Assembly: GCF_006345805.1 (NCBI RefSeq)
Contig: NC_043010.1
Span: 20,770,001 to 20,834,000, forward strand
Reading direction: 5' to 3'
Length of the DNA stretch: 64,000 bases
Origin: Octopus sinensis
Lineage: Eukaryota
Shown piece after piece: positions 27,536 through 41,049 of this stretch. Numbering within the stretch: the first letter of the stretch is position 1; each line of letters starts with the position of its first letter. The notes below the pieces were generated by a model, which was not told where the DNA came from, made no database searches, and saw only the letters and a list, made by a program, of their open reading frames with translations. The position numbers were made by a program, and so were the translations under genes.

Positions 27536-29221
27536 TTTACTCTGCTAAAAGGGACAGTCTCTCCGCTGTTTTCCTCTCCTCAGCTTTACTAATCTTCTTA
27601 GTTCTTCAGGGCCGATGGCTCTCAAGTACTTTTTACTATCACTTATAATTAATCCTTTCTACCTATTCCATTAATCTCGTGTCCTTCGTTTTGGTGCTTC
27701 CAATTACGCCATACTCTGATTCGGCCTTGTGACTGTCAGGGTAAATAAGAATTTCAAATGCATCTTGCCTCCTTCGGACCAATTGCTATCGGTCTCCTCG
27801 ATCAGGCCTTATACAGGGATGGGTGGGTAAACCACAGCAATAATAACTGCAACAACAACTAATTAATATTCGTAAAAACCGGAGATTCTTTGAGAGTCCA
27901 AGTTGAGATCTTGACGAGGCCAGTTTTGCCTCTCGTTTTTCTGGCACCCAACACCCCGATACCCCTCCAAACACCAAGTCAATCACTAGCTCGATTTAAT
28001 CGATTGTCGGCAACCGTCTCCCAAATTTGCAGTCTTGAGTCTATGTCAGAGGTCAATGTAGAGAAATGTATAATGAATACTTTTGCCCGTAATTTGGTTC
28101 AAGAAGAACAACCAAAACAGGCAAACAAAACAAGCTCTTTATTTCATTTAATTTCTTCTCGTTTGTTGATAATTAAAAGAACTATTTGAGCTATCTTTAA
28201 TCGAAATACACGGAAACTAAAAACGAAGTGAAATCTTTCTTTATTCAAAGCTTGTCCAAAATACCACACATGGGATCGAACTCAAGAACTAATTGCAAAG
28301 CGAACTTTATAAACACGTAAATTCTGCGTAGTTAGGTGTGAAGGACGGGCGTAGGATGAAGAATGAGGGCAGGGCGATGCGCATTAGGCTTAACTTCATT
28401 TTTTTTTTGTTTATACTTAAGTTAGGCAAAAGAAGAGAGTTAGAACGTAAGTCTTTTACAGATTCTTCCTATCTAATGGAATCGATTTAGTTCGCATTCA
28501 GTTTGGTCATTGATTGGTCGGGGTTTACTCCAGAACGTCACAGTTCTGAGGAGTAATACCTGTGCGCAGAGTTTTTACTGGAGCGCCCCTTACCTGTATA
28601 AATGTAGACAGACAAGATTTTTTGATAACATAATGCTGTGGACAATTTTCCGTTTTTGAAATTCACCGGAATCTCTTGAACACACAAGACGTCACATATT
28701 TGGGTTTAACGGATATCATTCGATATGACTGGCCGAGAAGAAAGGATTATGTTATGCAGCCAACTAATTCAGAAGAATAATTGTCGAGCTAGTAGTAGTA
28801 GCAGAAGTAGTAGTAGTAGTAGTGATAGTAGTAATAGTAGTAGTGGTAGTAATGGTGGTAGTAGTAGTAGTTAGAGAGGAGCCCAAGGATTAATCAACAG
28901 TTCTCGTACTCATAGTGGGAAGGTTTCTTCTTTAGGAATATGGTCTAGAATGTCATTCTACGAAGCAACCAACGTCGTCCCAGAGGTGATTGCAGTACTT
29001 CAGTGTGGATCTTACTCCAAATTTATTGAGGGTCAGCGCAAATACTGACCAGAACTCTCGAGCCTTTGCAATCTAGTGTTAACAATGCTCCACTAGCACA
29101 CGCGCACACGCATATATTTATGTTTCAATGTACATGTGTATTTGTATATAAATGTATATATATATATATATATTTATATATGCACATGCATATATATGTG
29201 TGTGTGTATGTGTGGGTGTGG

Positions 29222-29264
<43 letters not shown>

Positions 29265-30506
29265 ACATACGCGCATGCGTATATATGTGTGTGTGTATGT
29301 CTGTACGCACGCTTGTGTATCGGAATCTATGATTTGCTGCATGCGTTTTTCGAGTTTGTCATCAAAGAAAAAAAAGGAGTCAGTTTCAGACCTAGGATTA
29401 AGGTTCTGGCGTTGGAATTCGGACAATATCAACGAGGTATGCACGTATGCACGTATGCACGTATGCATGTATGCTTATATTTATGCATGTACAATATTTG
29501 CAATATACATGTGTGAACATATGTTCACACGTATGCATGTGTGCAAATATGGACGTCAGAGGGTCTTTGCGGCTGTATGTTTTGACTTACGTAACGTGTA
29601 CACATTCAGAGAGTGAATGTCTACACCGTGTGTATATTTATTTATTACATGCTAAATTTCTCCAAAATTTTACGTACTTTCGCAGTACCTTTAATGCCCT
29701 GTATTTTAATGCCTTGTATTTTTAATTTCTTGTATTTTTAATTTCTTGACACATCATGTCCTTTCTGCTTTTGCGAATCCCAGATTCTCAAGATTGCTAC
29801 TGAAGCAGGTGGTCGCGTAGCGAAATGCTCCATCAATGACAGGAATCTAAAGTGATATAAACGCGACGGAACCGTTGCATATTTCTCTTCGTTTCAGTAG
29901 AGCTGTTACCTTTTTCAGTAAACTTTAACACTTTATTAGTATTCGCTGGGAAACTGATTTCGATTACTGTCTACAACTTCTTTCTCTTGTTTAGGATCCT
30001 TACATCTGGTCCATAAATCTTGTGTTTTACGGAGGCATTTCTACCAATATTCTTTCATATTCTAAGTTATTATAGCCTCCCTATGAGTGTAATTCCTGTC
30101 CCCAACTGTACCCTTTCTAGGGTTTGCGTTCTACAATGTTCTAGCTACGACAGCATGCTTCACAAATAAATACCAAGATGCTATTTTCGGACATCTACTG
30201 TACTCTATTGAGCGGATAGAGTACTGCTCAATAAGGATAACTTAATATAAAAACAGAACAAAACAAAACAATAACAGCAACAACTGTAACAGAAATGGTA
30301 ATGGCAGCAGCAGCAGCAGCAGCAGTAGCTGTAGCAACGGCAACATTAGACCCTTTCACATGACGAAATGTATCTTCTCTATATTTGCCAAGAGTTAGGA
30401 ATTGTTTGAGAAATGTAAGAAGCATTTATAGCGCCGAATATTTAAAATATGTAAAACAAGCGACAAGAATACAAACACACACACACAAATACACGCACAC
30501 ACACAC

Positions 30507-30650
<144 letters not shown>

Positions 30651-31349
30651 GCATAAATGCATACAACATACATATATGTATGCATGCAAATAATTAAAAC
30701 TGCTGAGCATTTTGTCCGGTGCTCTAGTCATTCTGCCTTGTGGCTCTCATGGCTTCTGATCTTAAACTGATTGGAAGTGCTATCAGGTACATGTTTTGCC
30801 TTCGTGTTAAAGATGGGTTACAACAAATATTCTGCTCAATACCACAGATGTGCTTGTTAGGTTTTTGACCTTAACGAGTTCTCGTATTCCTTGGTGGTTG
30901 ACGATATGTGCATCTCTAATCATCAGCAGGTATAATGGGGGAGCATCATAGCCATTTGTTGAGGGGAATTCTTCGGAGGTTTGAATAATTCACCCCTGAA
31001 AACCTGGGTGATTCGTTCATCATCCTTAAACAATCCTTATTCAGGGACCTTTTGAGCGGAATGGGCTACTCGACCTGAAGAAAAAAAAAATTCTAACTGG
31101 GTCCCACTTGCAAGATCATGCGCCGTTTAACTTGATATTAAGTCACCATGTCACACACATATGGTTGTGATGCATTGCCTAGTGTACCTTTATCAGACGG
31201 GTAGTCATGATGGGTATATTGGGCTTCGTGTATTTGTACCCTGAGTCACTTAGATGGCGCATACGGCTCTATCCCTGAATAACAATAATAACAATAATCT
31301 TTTCTACTATAGACACAAATCCTGAAATTTGGGGGAGGGGGACGGAATA

Positions 31350-32545
31350 AGATCGAAACTATCAACACCTGGGCGGTTCCACTCCTTAGATATGGAGCAG
31401 GGGTAATCGCATGGACAGTAGACAAATTAAACAGCTTAGACAGAAAGACAAGGCAGTTGCTGATTAGATATAGGATACTCCACACAAAACGTGACACACA
31501 CAGACTGTATGTACCAAGAAAATGAAGGTGAAGAGGACTGATCGGATGCGAACACAGCATTAGAGCAGAAGAAAACAATATAGCATGGTATGTATAAACG
31601 TCACAGAACCGCTATTATTGGAAGTAAGAAGGCCAGGACTGTGTAGGATGGGAGATTGCAAAGATAAAACATTGTACAAGCACTTGAGAATGAATGAAAC
31701 TGAAAATAGGTGGGTAAAGAAAAGACAGACGGAGAAAAAGAAAAGACAGACGGAGAAAAAGAAAAGACAGACGGAGACAAAAATGGCTATGGATGACTAA
31801 AAGTGATTTAAGACAGGGAACTGAGTCTCTAATCTGTGCTGCCCAAGAGCAAGCTTTAACAACCAATTACATCAAATACAGAATAGACAACACATCAGAA
31901 AGTGATAAGTGCTGAATTTGTGGAGAAGATGGAAACCGTATGGAATATTATCAGTCAATGTACGCCACTAGCCGAGAAAGAATATAAGAGACGTCATGAC
32001 AAAATAGGCGGATTGTCCATTGGACACTTTGCAAGAAGTATGGACTTGACAGAGCAAAAAGTGGTACGAGCATAAAACCCGAAGGCATCATCGAAAATGA
32101 TAATGCAAAGATCCTGTGGGATTTTATGATCCAGTGCGACCATGAGATGGAGAATAGGAAACCAGACATAGGGTTAATTGAGAAAGAAAGCAAATGATGC
32201 TCAGCTGACAACAAGGTTTGCGATAAAGAATAAAGAAAAGTCGATAAATATGACAGGTTAGCTTGGGAGGTTAAACAGTTGTGGTCGATGAAAAAGGTGG
32301 TAGTGGTACCAACAACTATCGGAGCCTGAGGAATAGTGAGTAAAAATCTCGAGAAGTACATGGAACAAATACAGTTTGCAATAAGGGTGAAGCACTTGCA
32401 GGAAACAGCCCTGCTTGGAACCGCTGGAATACTCCGGATGGTGCTCGAAACACAAGGGGTGTTACCTGAGTTCACTGGTAGTGAACAGATGGCACCGTAG
32501 CGCATCTCCAGCGTTAAAGGTTGTGCAAAAGCAATACATAATAAT
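31350..32545 (+). mobile_element. Degenerate 5'-truncated Dong/R4 LINE (third subfamily)
   Basis: INTWAVPLLRYGAGVIAW, RHD, WYEHKPEGIIENDNAKILWDF, RKPDI, LQETALLGTAGILR; ends in (AAT/AAC)n. Confidence 0.85.
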
Positions 32546-32594
32546 AACAACAACAACAACAACAATAATAATAATAATAATAATCTCTTTTAGT

Positions 32595-32786
32595 CTTTTA
32601 CTTTTTACTTGTTTAAGTCATTTGACTGTAGCCATGCTGGAGCACCGCCTTTAGTCGAGCAAATCGACCCCAGGACTTATTCTTTGTAAGCCTAGTACTT
32701 ATTCTATCGCTCTCTTTTGCCGAACCGCTAAGTTACGAGGAGGTAAACACACCAGCATCGGTTGTCAAGCGATGTTGGGGGGACAA

Positions 32787-32843
<57 letters not shown>

Positions 32844-33010
32844 CATATATACGACGGGCTTCTTTCAGTTTCCGTCTACTAGATCCACTCACAAGGCTTT
32901 GGTCGGCTCGAGGCTATAGTACAAGACACTTGCCTAAGGTACCACGTAGTGGGACTGAACCCGGAACCTTACCACACAGCCACTCCTACTCCTATGCTTA
33001 CCACACAGCC
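32595..33010 (-). mobile_element. SINE family B
   Basis: Colinear with 26105-26560. Confidence 0.85.
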
Positions 33011-33721
33011 ACTCCTAATTTTGGCACTTGGCCAGCAACTACGGCGGAGGGGTAAGTCGATTCTATCGACCTCAATGCTCAGCTGGTACTTATTTCATCG
33101 ACCATGAAAGGATGAAAGATAAAGTTGACTGTGGCGGAAAAAAAAAACAATGGCTTTTTATTTGGGCAAAAATACAACAGTTTTGGGGCGAAGAAAGGAG
33201 TCAATGGCATCAACTCGAGGACTTGATCGTAGGATTTGAACGCAGAGAGGAAAAACCTGTACGAAAGTCCGCAAAGTGTTTTGTCTGACGCCTTTATGTT
33301 CCTTCCAGCTGGTGGCACATCCTAACAACAACGACGACGACGATGACAACAATAACAACAACAGCAATAACAACAAGAGCAATAACTACAACAATGTTTG
33401 TTGTAGTTATTGTAGTTACTGAAGGGCGTAGCAAATCTGTAGGTGACAAGTTTGTGTACATCAAAACTCATTTTTTTCATCCGGTTTTTAATTTCATTGG
33501 AAAATATTTATTGATAAAAAAACAACCTCCAGCCTGACAAAGGACACAAAATAAGAGAAGTGAAAGGAAAACATTCAAGTGTTTAAATGTTCAGTAAGAA
33601 AGCAAAAGTCCTTACTATTGTGTGGAAATCATCAGAGCGAAAAATTAATATACCTCCTTAAGCTATATACATGTGGGTGTATACATTATATACATACATA
33701 CACACATACACATATATATAC

Positions 33722-33773
<52 letters not shown>

Positions 33774-33934
33774 ATGTATATATATATATATATTGATAGA
33801 TAGATATGTACATATATATACATGTGTGTGTGTAGGTATGGGGGGTGTACAAAATAATGTAAATAGTTAAATAGAAATTACTTAATAAAAACTCGGTTCA
33901 TCAATGTCTACTATATAAATAAAAAAACTGCGAA

Positions 33935-34220
33935 GACGCGTGGCTTAGTGGTTAAAGTAATCGGCTCACGATCGTGGGTATGTGAGTTCGATTCCTTGCC
34001 TAGCGTTGTGTCCTTGAGCAAGGCATTTTATTTTTCGTTGCTTCAGTTCACTCAGCTTAGTTGTACCTGTAATTCAAAGGGGACCAGCTTTGTCACACTC
34101 TGTGTCACGCTGAATCTCCCTAAGAATTATGTTAGAGGTACGCGTGTCTGTGGAGTACTCAGCCACTTGCACGTTAGTTTCATGAGTAGGCTGTTTCGTT
34201 GATCGGAACGTCGCCGTGCT
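33935..34220 (+). mobile_element. SINE family C
   Basis: gcgtggcttagtggtt..gagttcgattcc head plus body. Confidence 0.78.
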
Positions 34221-34289
34221 AGTTAAATACATCGATGGCAGAAGGAAGTTAATTGCTGATCCAAAATTCGATTATATTGAGGTGTGACT

Positions 34290-34600
34290 GTGTGGTCCTA
34301 TCTAAGTGGTCTATTTCCTTTCTGTGCTCTCTGAATCAATTTGAATAACATCAGCCATTAGCATCCTAGAATTTTGCCAAAAAATGGGGAAAATTGTGTG
34401 TACGAAACGATCGACATAAACAACCCAGATATTCCTGGGTGTTAACTGCCATGTACAATAACAAAACGACCGAGAGAATTCCGTGGTGTGTCTGCCCAAA
34501 TGATCACAGAACCACCACCAGGATTCACGGTTAGGTCTCCAGACATAAATCTGCACAGAAGTGAGAAAAAGAGAGAATGATGATTCATAAGAGATGGCGT
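34290..34600 (-). pseudogene. Tc1-type transposase remnant (cassette copy A)
   Basis: YVWRP..GGSVIIWA..GRFVIVHG; homologous to 38930-39420 and 49250-49790. Confidence 0.55.
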
Positions 34601-35149
34601 TGTGTTATTGAACTATTGATAGTCTCTGATTGCTTAGACCCCATATTTTCCGATTATCAAACTTGATCGGGGACAGGAAGTCTTCCAATGGTATATAACG
34701 TAAAAGAGCTGAAGACGAACTGTTTAGAAAAGAGGTAGAGCAGACCTGCTATTACTTATGATGCCGTTTTTCGATAGTTTTTAGGCACAATTTGTTTCAC
34801 TATGCTGTTGTCCTTCTTTGTGTGTGCTTTGCTTTCTGTCCAGTATTATGCTTGGAAAAGCTGGTTTTCCAACATGACGTTAGAGACTGTGTCTCTTTAA
34901 GCATTAAGCAAGCCAACAGATTTAGTGACTGAGGCTTCAGCCATCTGTACTCTAACGATTTGATGCATTTAGAAATCAGATAAGTAAAACCATTTTTATG
35001 TATTTAAATATTAATATACGCAAAAGGTAAAAGAAAAACGGTGACCAATATTACGAATACAAGGCATACACGACCCATATTAACGCATAAATGAGTTTTG
35101 AAGGCGTCATATTGCTAACAGAAAAAATAGTTATTTTGTACAACCAGTG

Positions 35150-35460
35150 TATATACCATCTTCCATACTTGCATGGGTAGGACGGTTGACAAGAGCCAGC
35201 CAGGTAGAAAAACTATCCTAGGCTACTGTGTTTGCTTTGGCAGGGATTTAATGGTTGGATGCTCTCCCTAATATCAACCGCTCCGCAGAGTGGACTCAGT
35301 GCCTTTTACGTGGCACCAGCACAGGCGAAGTTAGATTTGGCATGGCTTTTACAGCTGGATGCCTTTCCAAATGCCAACTACGTTATAGTGTGGACTGGAT
35401 GCTTTTAACGTGGCACCAAACACTGGCAGGGTAACCAAGTAACTCACAAGACAAGGAATT
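35150..35460 (+). mobile_element. RTE-type 3' tail repeat
   Basis: ttttacagctggatgcctttccaaatgccaac and variants, tandemly reiterated. Confidence 0.5.
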
Positions 35461-36059
35461 ATGAGTGGAGCGGGGCATTTGAGGTGGAGCGGGAATTTGT
35501 GTCAGACGAGATGCTAGATTGTGACAAAGATGGGCATTGGTCTTTTGGTTGCTTGGTTGGTTGGTTCCCCGTACATAGGAACAAGTTTTGAGTGGTAGTG
35601 GGTTTCGTGACGTCACTTTATATTGATAAAGAAGCTGCTTTTGTATTGGTCAAGATCTGTTGAAAGAGACGACGAGGAAGAGAAAGTCCTCATTAAAGAA
35701 TGCTAAGTATATATGGTCAATGTATGTAGGATATGAGGTGTTTAGGTCGTGTGATGTTCATGATTAGAGAGAGAGAGAAAGAAAGAAAGAGAGGAGTGGG
35801 ATAGGAGAGATGGAGGGAGAGAGAGAAAGAAAGAAAGAAAGAAAGAAAGAGGGGAGTGGGAAGGAAGAGAGATGGAGGGAGAGAGAGAGAAAGAAATAAA
35901 GGAGTGGGAAGGGGGAGAGATGAAGGGAGAGAGAGATAGAGATAGAGAGGAATGTTTCCATAACTCATATTGTGGGATTCCAGATTTCTCCTGTATTTAT
36001 AAGATTTCATTCCATCCTAATTTCAGGCTCCCTAATAACTCCGATTGTAATGACCCGAT

Positions 36060-36790
36060 CTTAGTTAGGTTTAGGGTTACGAACACTTTGAAATTTAAGA
36101 AGGCCTATGTGTATTAGTGTTCCCCCAAGACGCAATTCGCTTTGCCAGAAATTTAGAAATGGCATGCTGTCCTGCTTGGCATTCGCGCCAGGAGCTCCAA
36201 TACACACATTTCAGAGTGATTGGGTGTTGATCTGAGGATCGTGCAATCTGAAGACATTTAACAAGAGTGATAAAGATCAAACATTCAGTCAACATCATGG
36301 TGTTTGGAGTGATCGCTAGTGATAGTGATGTTATGCCTCCATTCATCTTCCCACACAGATGCCTACATCAAGTGCCGGGAGAGGTAGTGTTGCCCTGGGT
36401 CAAGAGGGTGACTGCTGGAAGACCTTATGTCTGGCTACAGGACTCTGCACCACGCCACGAAAGCAAGAGAACCTAGTCACAGCTGTCAGATAATTTCTGC
36501 GGCCACATCATCCCTAACATATGGCCACCCAACTCCCCAGACTGCAATTCCTTTGATTATGATGTGTGGAGTGCAATTGAGCGAGATACCAACAAAACTC
36601 CTTGTAACACCAAAGATGAACTGAAGGCAAGGATTATGACAACATTCACCAACTTAAACAAGGAGACCGCCCAGAAGAGTTGCAAGAGATTCCAGAGTTG
36701 TCTGGAAGTCATGGTTGGAGCCATGAATAAATTTACTCCTTAATATTTCAAGATATTTTTGTGCAATTTTGGCAAATATATCTGTTAAAA
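36060..36790 (+). pseudogene. DD37D/maT-like Tc1-mariner transposase remnant
   Basis: VNIMVFGVIASD..MPPFIFP, VVLPWVKRVTAGRPYVWLQDSAPRH, WPPNSPDCNSFDY (third catalytic residue D). Confidence 0.8.
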
Positions 36791-36869
36791 TGAGATGTCA
36801 GTGTTATTTTCGTTTTTGCATAATTTAGACGACAGTTTATTTACCGCACTCGATACGCGCGCGCACGCG

Positions 36870-36904
<35 letters not shown>

Positions 36905-37029
36905 CACACACACACATATATATATCTTGTATCTTTTACTTGTGTCAGTCATTAGTCTGCAGCTGCGCTATGGCACCCTGCTGGAAGAATCTACCCCAGT
37001 ACATATTTTTAAAGCATGATAGTATTCTA

Positions 37030-37480
37030 TCTACCAAATCGTTCAGAGGGAGCATGCGGGGGTGGGTGCTGGTGCCAGTCGAGCTAGTGGACCGGGTTCG
37101 GCAGCGACGCGCACGGCGGTGATAAAGGCAGAAAAGCGGCTGTTGTACCAAGCGCGCACTTCGAAGGCCCTGCGACAGATTGCGGCCAAACTGCGGTCAA
37201 CGAGCGTGCGATCGGCGGTGGCCGCGACAACGCGCAACAGCAGCAGTGGTGACGACGCTGCTGCGATCCCGGGATAAGAGCGGGCAATGCCGCCGAGCAA
37301 CTGCCGAGGACGAGGATTCTCGTCGCGGCGGCAATGTAGCGACACCCGGAATTGAAGCGTCGGTTCTGTCCGGGGCGGGACAGACGGTGACGTTCTTTTT
37401 CGGTGACGCCACGTCGTCTGTGGCGGATCGGGAAATGGCTATTAGCCCGTCCACTGGCGAAGCGACACGAGGTCAGCAGT
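37030..37480. other. GC/CpG-rich island of unknown origin
   Basis: Visibly about two-thirds GC with many CpG, inside an AT-rich intron. Confidence 0.85.
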
Positions 37481-37860
37481 GTAACCTCTCAGTGCGGAGA
37501 AGTAGTGTCTCGTTCTGGAATGACATTTTGGCTTCCAGGCTACAAACCTTCAAGCTACGTCGTTCATGACCATAAATCACAAAGACGAAATTGAAAATAG
37601 CAAGTCTGGCTCTTTTACAAACCTCCCCTCTTCTGAGGACCGAATGCTGGAGGTGGTGCATCACTGTGCCTGCGCCTACAAGTTTAGTGTTTAAGCCGTC
37701 CTCCTGAAACCCATCACTCCTGAATACGATCTCAAGATCCTTAAACTTCTCTACTTGTTCAAGTGATGTTCCACTAACATGTAGAGGGCAAAGGAACAAG
37801 TTTCTTGAGAGGACCAATGTCTCAGTCTTTGCAGCACTAATCCTCATCCCAGAGTATCTA
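37480..37860 (-). mobile_element. RTE-clade LINE RT/thumb remnant (also 44330-44620, 45081-45140, 46540-47190)
   Basis: GMRISAAKTETLVLSR..LEQVEKFKDL..YGHE; 46540-47190 adds QAAETG..RYCEHMVRM. Confidence 0.75.
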
Positions 37861-38929
37861 TGTAACAAAATCCGTAAAGCATTTGGTCCGGTGCCCTAAC
37901 TATTCTGTTAGTTTAATGCCTTAATAATTCTTTCTACAATAGGCACAAGGCCTGAAACTTAAGGGGAGTGAGATAGTCGATTACATCAACCCCAGTACTC
38001 AAATGGAACTTGTTTTATCGACCCCGAAAGGATTAAAGGCAAAGTCGACTTCGGCGGAATTTGAACTCTTAACTTGAAGACTGACTGCTAAGGATTGCGC
38101 CTGGTGTATTAACGACTCTGCCAGCTCGCCGCCTTTAAATACCTTAATAATAATTGGGTACAATGTCAACAGTTGTTTTTGAGGTGGAGACAGTCGATAC
38201 CATCAGACACAACACTTGACTGTGGGATTTGAACGCAGAGGGCAAGAGCCTGAATGAAGCTCACAGGCGTTTTGTCTGACGCTCTTTTCTGCCTGTTAAC
38301 TACACATAACGATTACAAATGCAATGTTTTGTATTGACAAAAGACGTTATCTAAATAAATAAACAGCGTAACGAATCTGTATGTGATAATTATGAGTAAA
38401 CAGAAACAACCTTTTTATCTTGTTTTGATTTCACTGGGACATTTTAATTGACAACAAACAGCCACCAACCTACCATAGCATACGAGATAAAAAGAAAATA
38501 AACGAAAGAATTGAATGTTTAAATGTTCAATAAAAACCAAACGTCATACCATTATGTCGAATCAGTGGAGCAAAAACTCACGAGTCAATATTTACATGTG
38601 GGTATGTGTGTGTTATGTATATCTACGTAGAAAAAAATAAATGCACCCTTTTAAAGCTTAACCAGGCTCATGGGCCCGGTTTCCCGGTTTCTATGGCGTA
38701 TGTGTTCCCCAGCTGGACGGGACGCCAGTCCATCGCAGCGCTACTCACTTTTGCCAGCTGAGTGGACTGAAGCAACGTGAAATGAAGTGTTTTGCTCAAG
38801 AACACAACGCGTCGCCCGGTCCAGGAATCGAAACCACAATCTTATGATCATGATGCTGACACCCTAACCACTAAATCACGCGCCTCCATTATATACGTAG
38901 ATGGGACAGAGAAAATAATGGATCCATTT

Positions 38930-39420
38930 AAATGGAAGTTTTAGTATTCAATATGGGGTTAGTCGAAAGTTGGCATCAATGACAATGCATGGTTGTTAGA
39001 GGGAATTTTGGGTCATTCTTCAAGTAAAGACTGCTTCAGCTCTTTCAGCAACGATGGCAGAAGAAAGCAGTTCCTTACTTGCTGATCCAAAATGCACCAA
39101 AAATTTTCGATTATATTGAAAACTTGTAATTCTTTAGGCCAGTCCAAGTGGTCTGCTTCACTGTTATGCTCCATGAACCAATTCTGAATCGGTGCATCAT
39201 CATCATCCTGTGAGATTGCACTTACAACGGAGAACCATGTTTGTACAAAACATTGGACATGGTCAGCCAAAATAGCCAAATAATCCTTGGCGTTAACTCT
39301 ATCATGCTGGACGGCAAAAGTGCGAATGACCACAGAGCCACATTCATGATTCACTGTAGGGTTTCCAGGGATAAACTTGCTCCAAAGTGAAAAACAACTG
39401 GATGGAGGACTCATCAGGGA
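38930..39420 (-). pseudogene. Tc1 (DD34E) transposase remnant (cassette copy B)
   Basis: RVNAKDYLAIL..QDDDDAPI..LDWP..NIIENFW. Confidence 0.75.
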
Positions 39421-39559
39421 AGATGACGATGATTGCTTATAATTGCATAGACACCATTTTCCCCGGCTTATCAGAGTTGATGGGTGATATGAAAGGTGTA
39501 TCAATCATTTCTTATCTACTCAACGCAAAAGGCCACAAATTTTGGGGGAGTGTGTGTGT

Positions 39560-40255
39560 GTGTGGGGGGGGGGACAATCGATTAGATCGACTCCAGTAAG
39601 CAACTACTAGTTAATTTATGGACCCCAAAAGGATAAAAGGCAAAGCCACCTCGTCGGAATATGATCTCAGAACGTAAAGGCAGACGAAATACCGCTGAGC
39701 ATTCCGCCCGGTGTGCTAACGATTCTGCTAGCTCGCTGCCTTAAATAATCTTTTCTACTCTAGACACAAGGCCCGAAATTTTTGGAGAGGGGGCCAGTCG
39801 ATTATATCGACCTCAGTACGCAACTGGTACTAACGTTTCTTATTTCTTTATTGCTCACAGGGGGCTCAACAGAGGGGACAAACAAGGCCAGACAAAGGGA
39901 TTAAATCGAGTACATCGACTCCAGTGTGTAACTGGTACCTAATTTATCGACCCCGTAAGGATGAAAGGCAAAGTCGACCTCGGCGGAAATTGAACTTAGA
40001 ACGTAGCGGCAGACGAAATACCTATTTCTTTACTACCCACCAGGGGCTAAACACAGAGAGGACAAACAAGGACATACAAACGGATTAAGTCGATTACATC
40101 GACCCCAGTGCGTAACTGGTACTTATTTAATCGACCCCAAAAGGATGAAAGGCAAAGTCGACCTCGGCGGAATTTGAACTCAGAACGTTATGACCGACGA
40201 AATACTTCCAAGCATTTCGCCCGGCGACCTAACGTTTCTGCCAGCTCGCCGCTTT
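39560..40255 (-). mobile_element. SINE A array (about 4 units)
   Basis: Repeated cores at about 39630, 39960 and 40145; mixed tails. Confidence 0.85.
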
Positions 40256-40704
40256 GAAAGGAGTATCACTTATAACCCTTTTATGGTATCCAACTTTAAG
40301 GAGCTGAAGACGAACAACTTTGATTGCCAGAAGTTTGACAAGTTGGTGGTTTAGTTCTGCTCTCGCTTACGAGGCCATAATTCGATAGATTCTAGGCACA
40401 ATACGTTTCACTATCCAGCTGTATATGTGTGTGCTTTACTTTCTGTCCTATATCATGATTGCCAGAGATTCTTTTCCTCATCTTTGGAATTTCAACATGA
40501 TTTAAGAGACTGTGCCACGCGGAACATTAAAAAAACTCGGGCAGTTTTAGTGAGTGAAACCCTCTCCATCTGTACCCTGACAATTTGTTCTGTTTAGAAA
40601 AGAGATAGGTCATGCATTTGAATATATTTAAATATGTCTGCAATAAACAAAAGGAAAACGGAGATCTATTTCTTGAAGTGCGAAGCATATGTAATAAATA
40701 TGAA

Positions 40705-40751
<47 letters not shown>

Positions 40752-40856
40752 ATATAGACTAGAACAGTTTTGAATTTCTCATATTGTCAATAGAAAAATA
40801 GTTAAATGAAAAGTGATGTTTCCAAAATTTTGTGTATCTCCTCTCTGTTATGTGTG

Positions 40857-40890
<34 letters not shown>

Positions 40891-41036
40891 AGTGTGTATC
40901 TATACTATGGGTATGTATATGTGTATATATACATACACTCACACGCGTGCGCACTCACTCATTCTCTCTCTCTCTCAGTTGCGTCTATCTCCGCTTCGGG
41001 AAATCTGTATATTCAATCTATAGAAGGATATAAAAG

Positions 41037-41049
41037 TGGCGACGAGGAT
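41037..41049 (+). promoter_or_regulatory. Primer-binding site complementary to the tRNA-Ser(GCU) 3' end; degenerate second copy at 41065-41076
   Basis: TGGCGACGAGGAT is the reverse complement of ATCCTCGTCGCCA, the metazoan tRNA-Ser(GCU) 3' end as I recall it. Confidence 0.75.
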
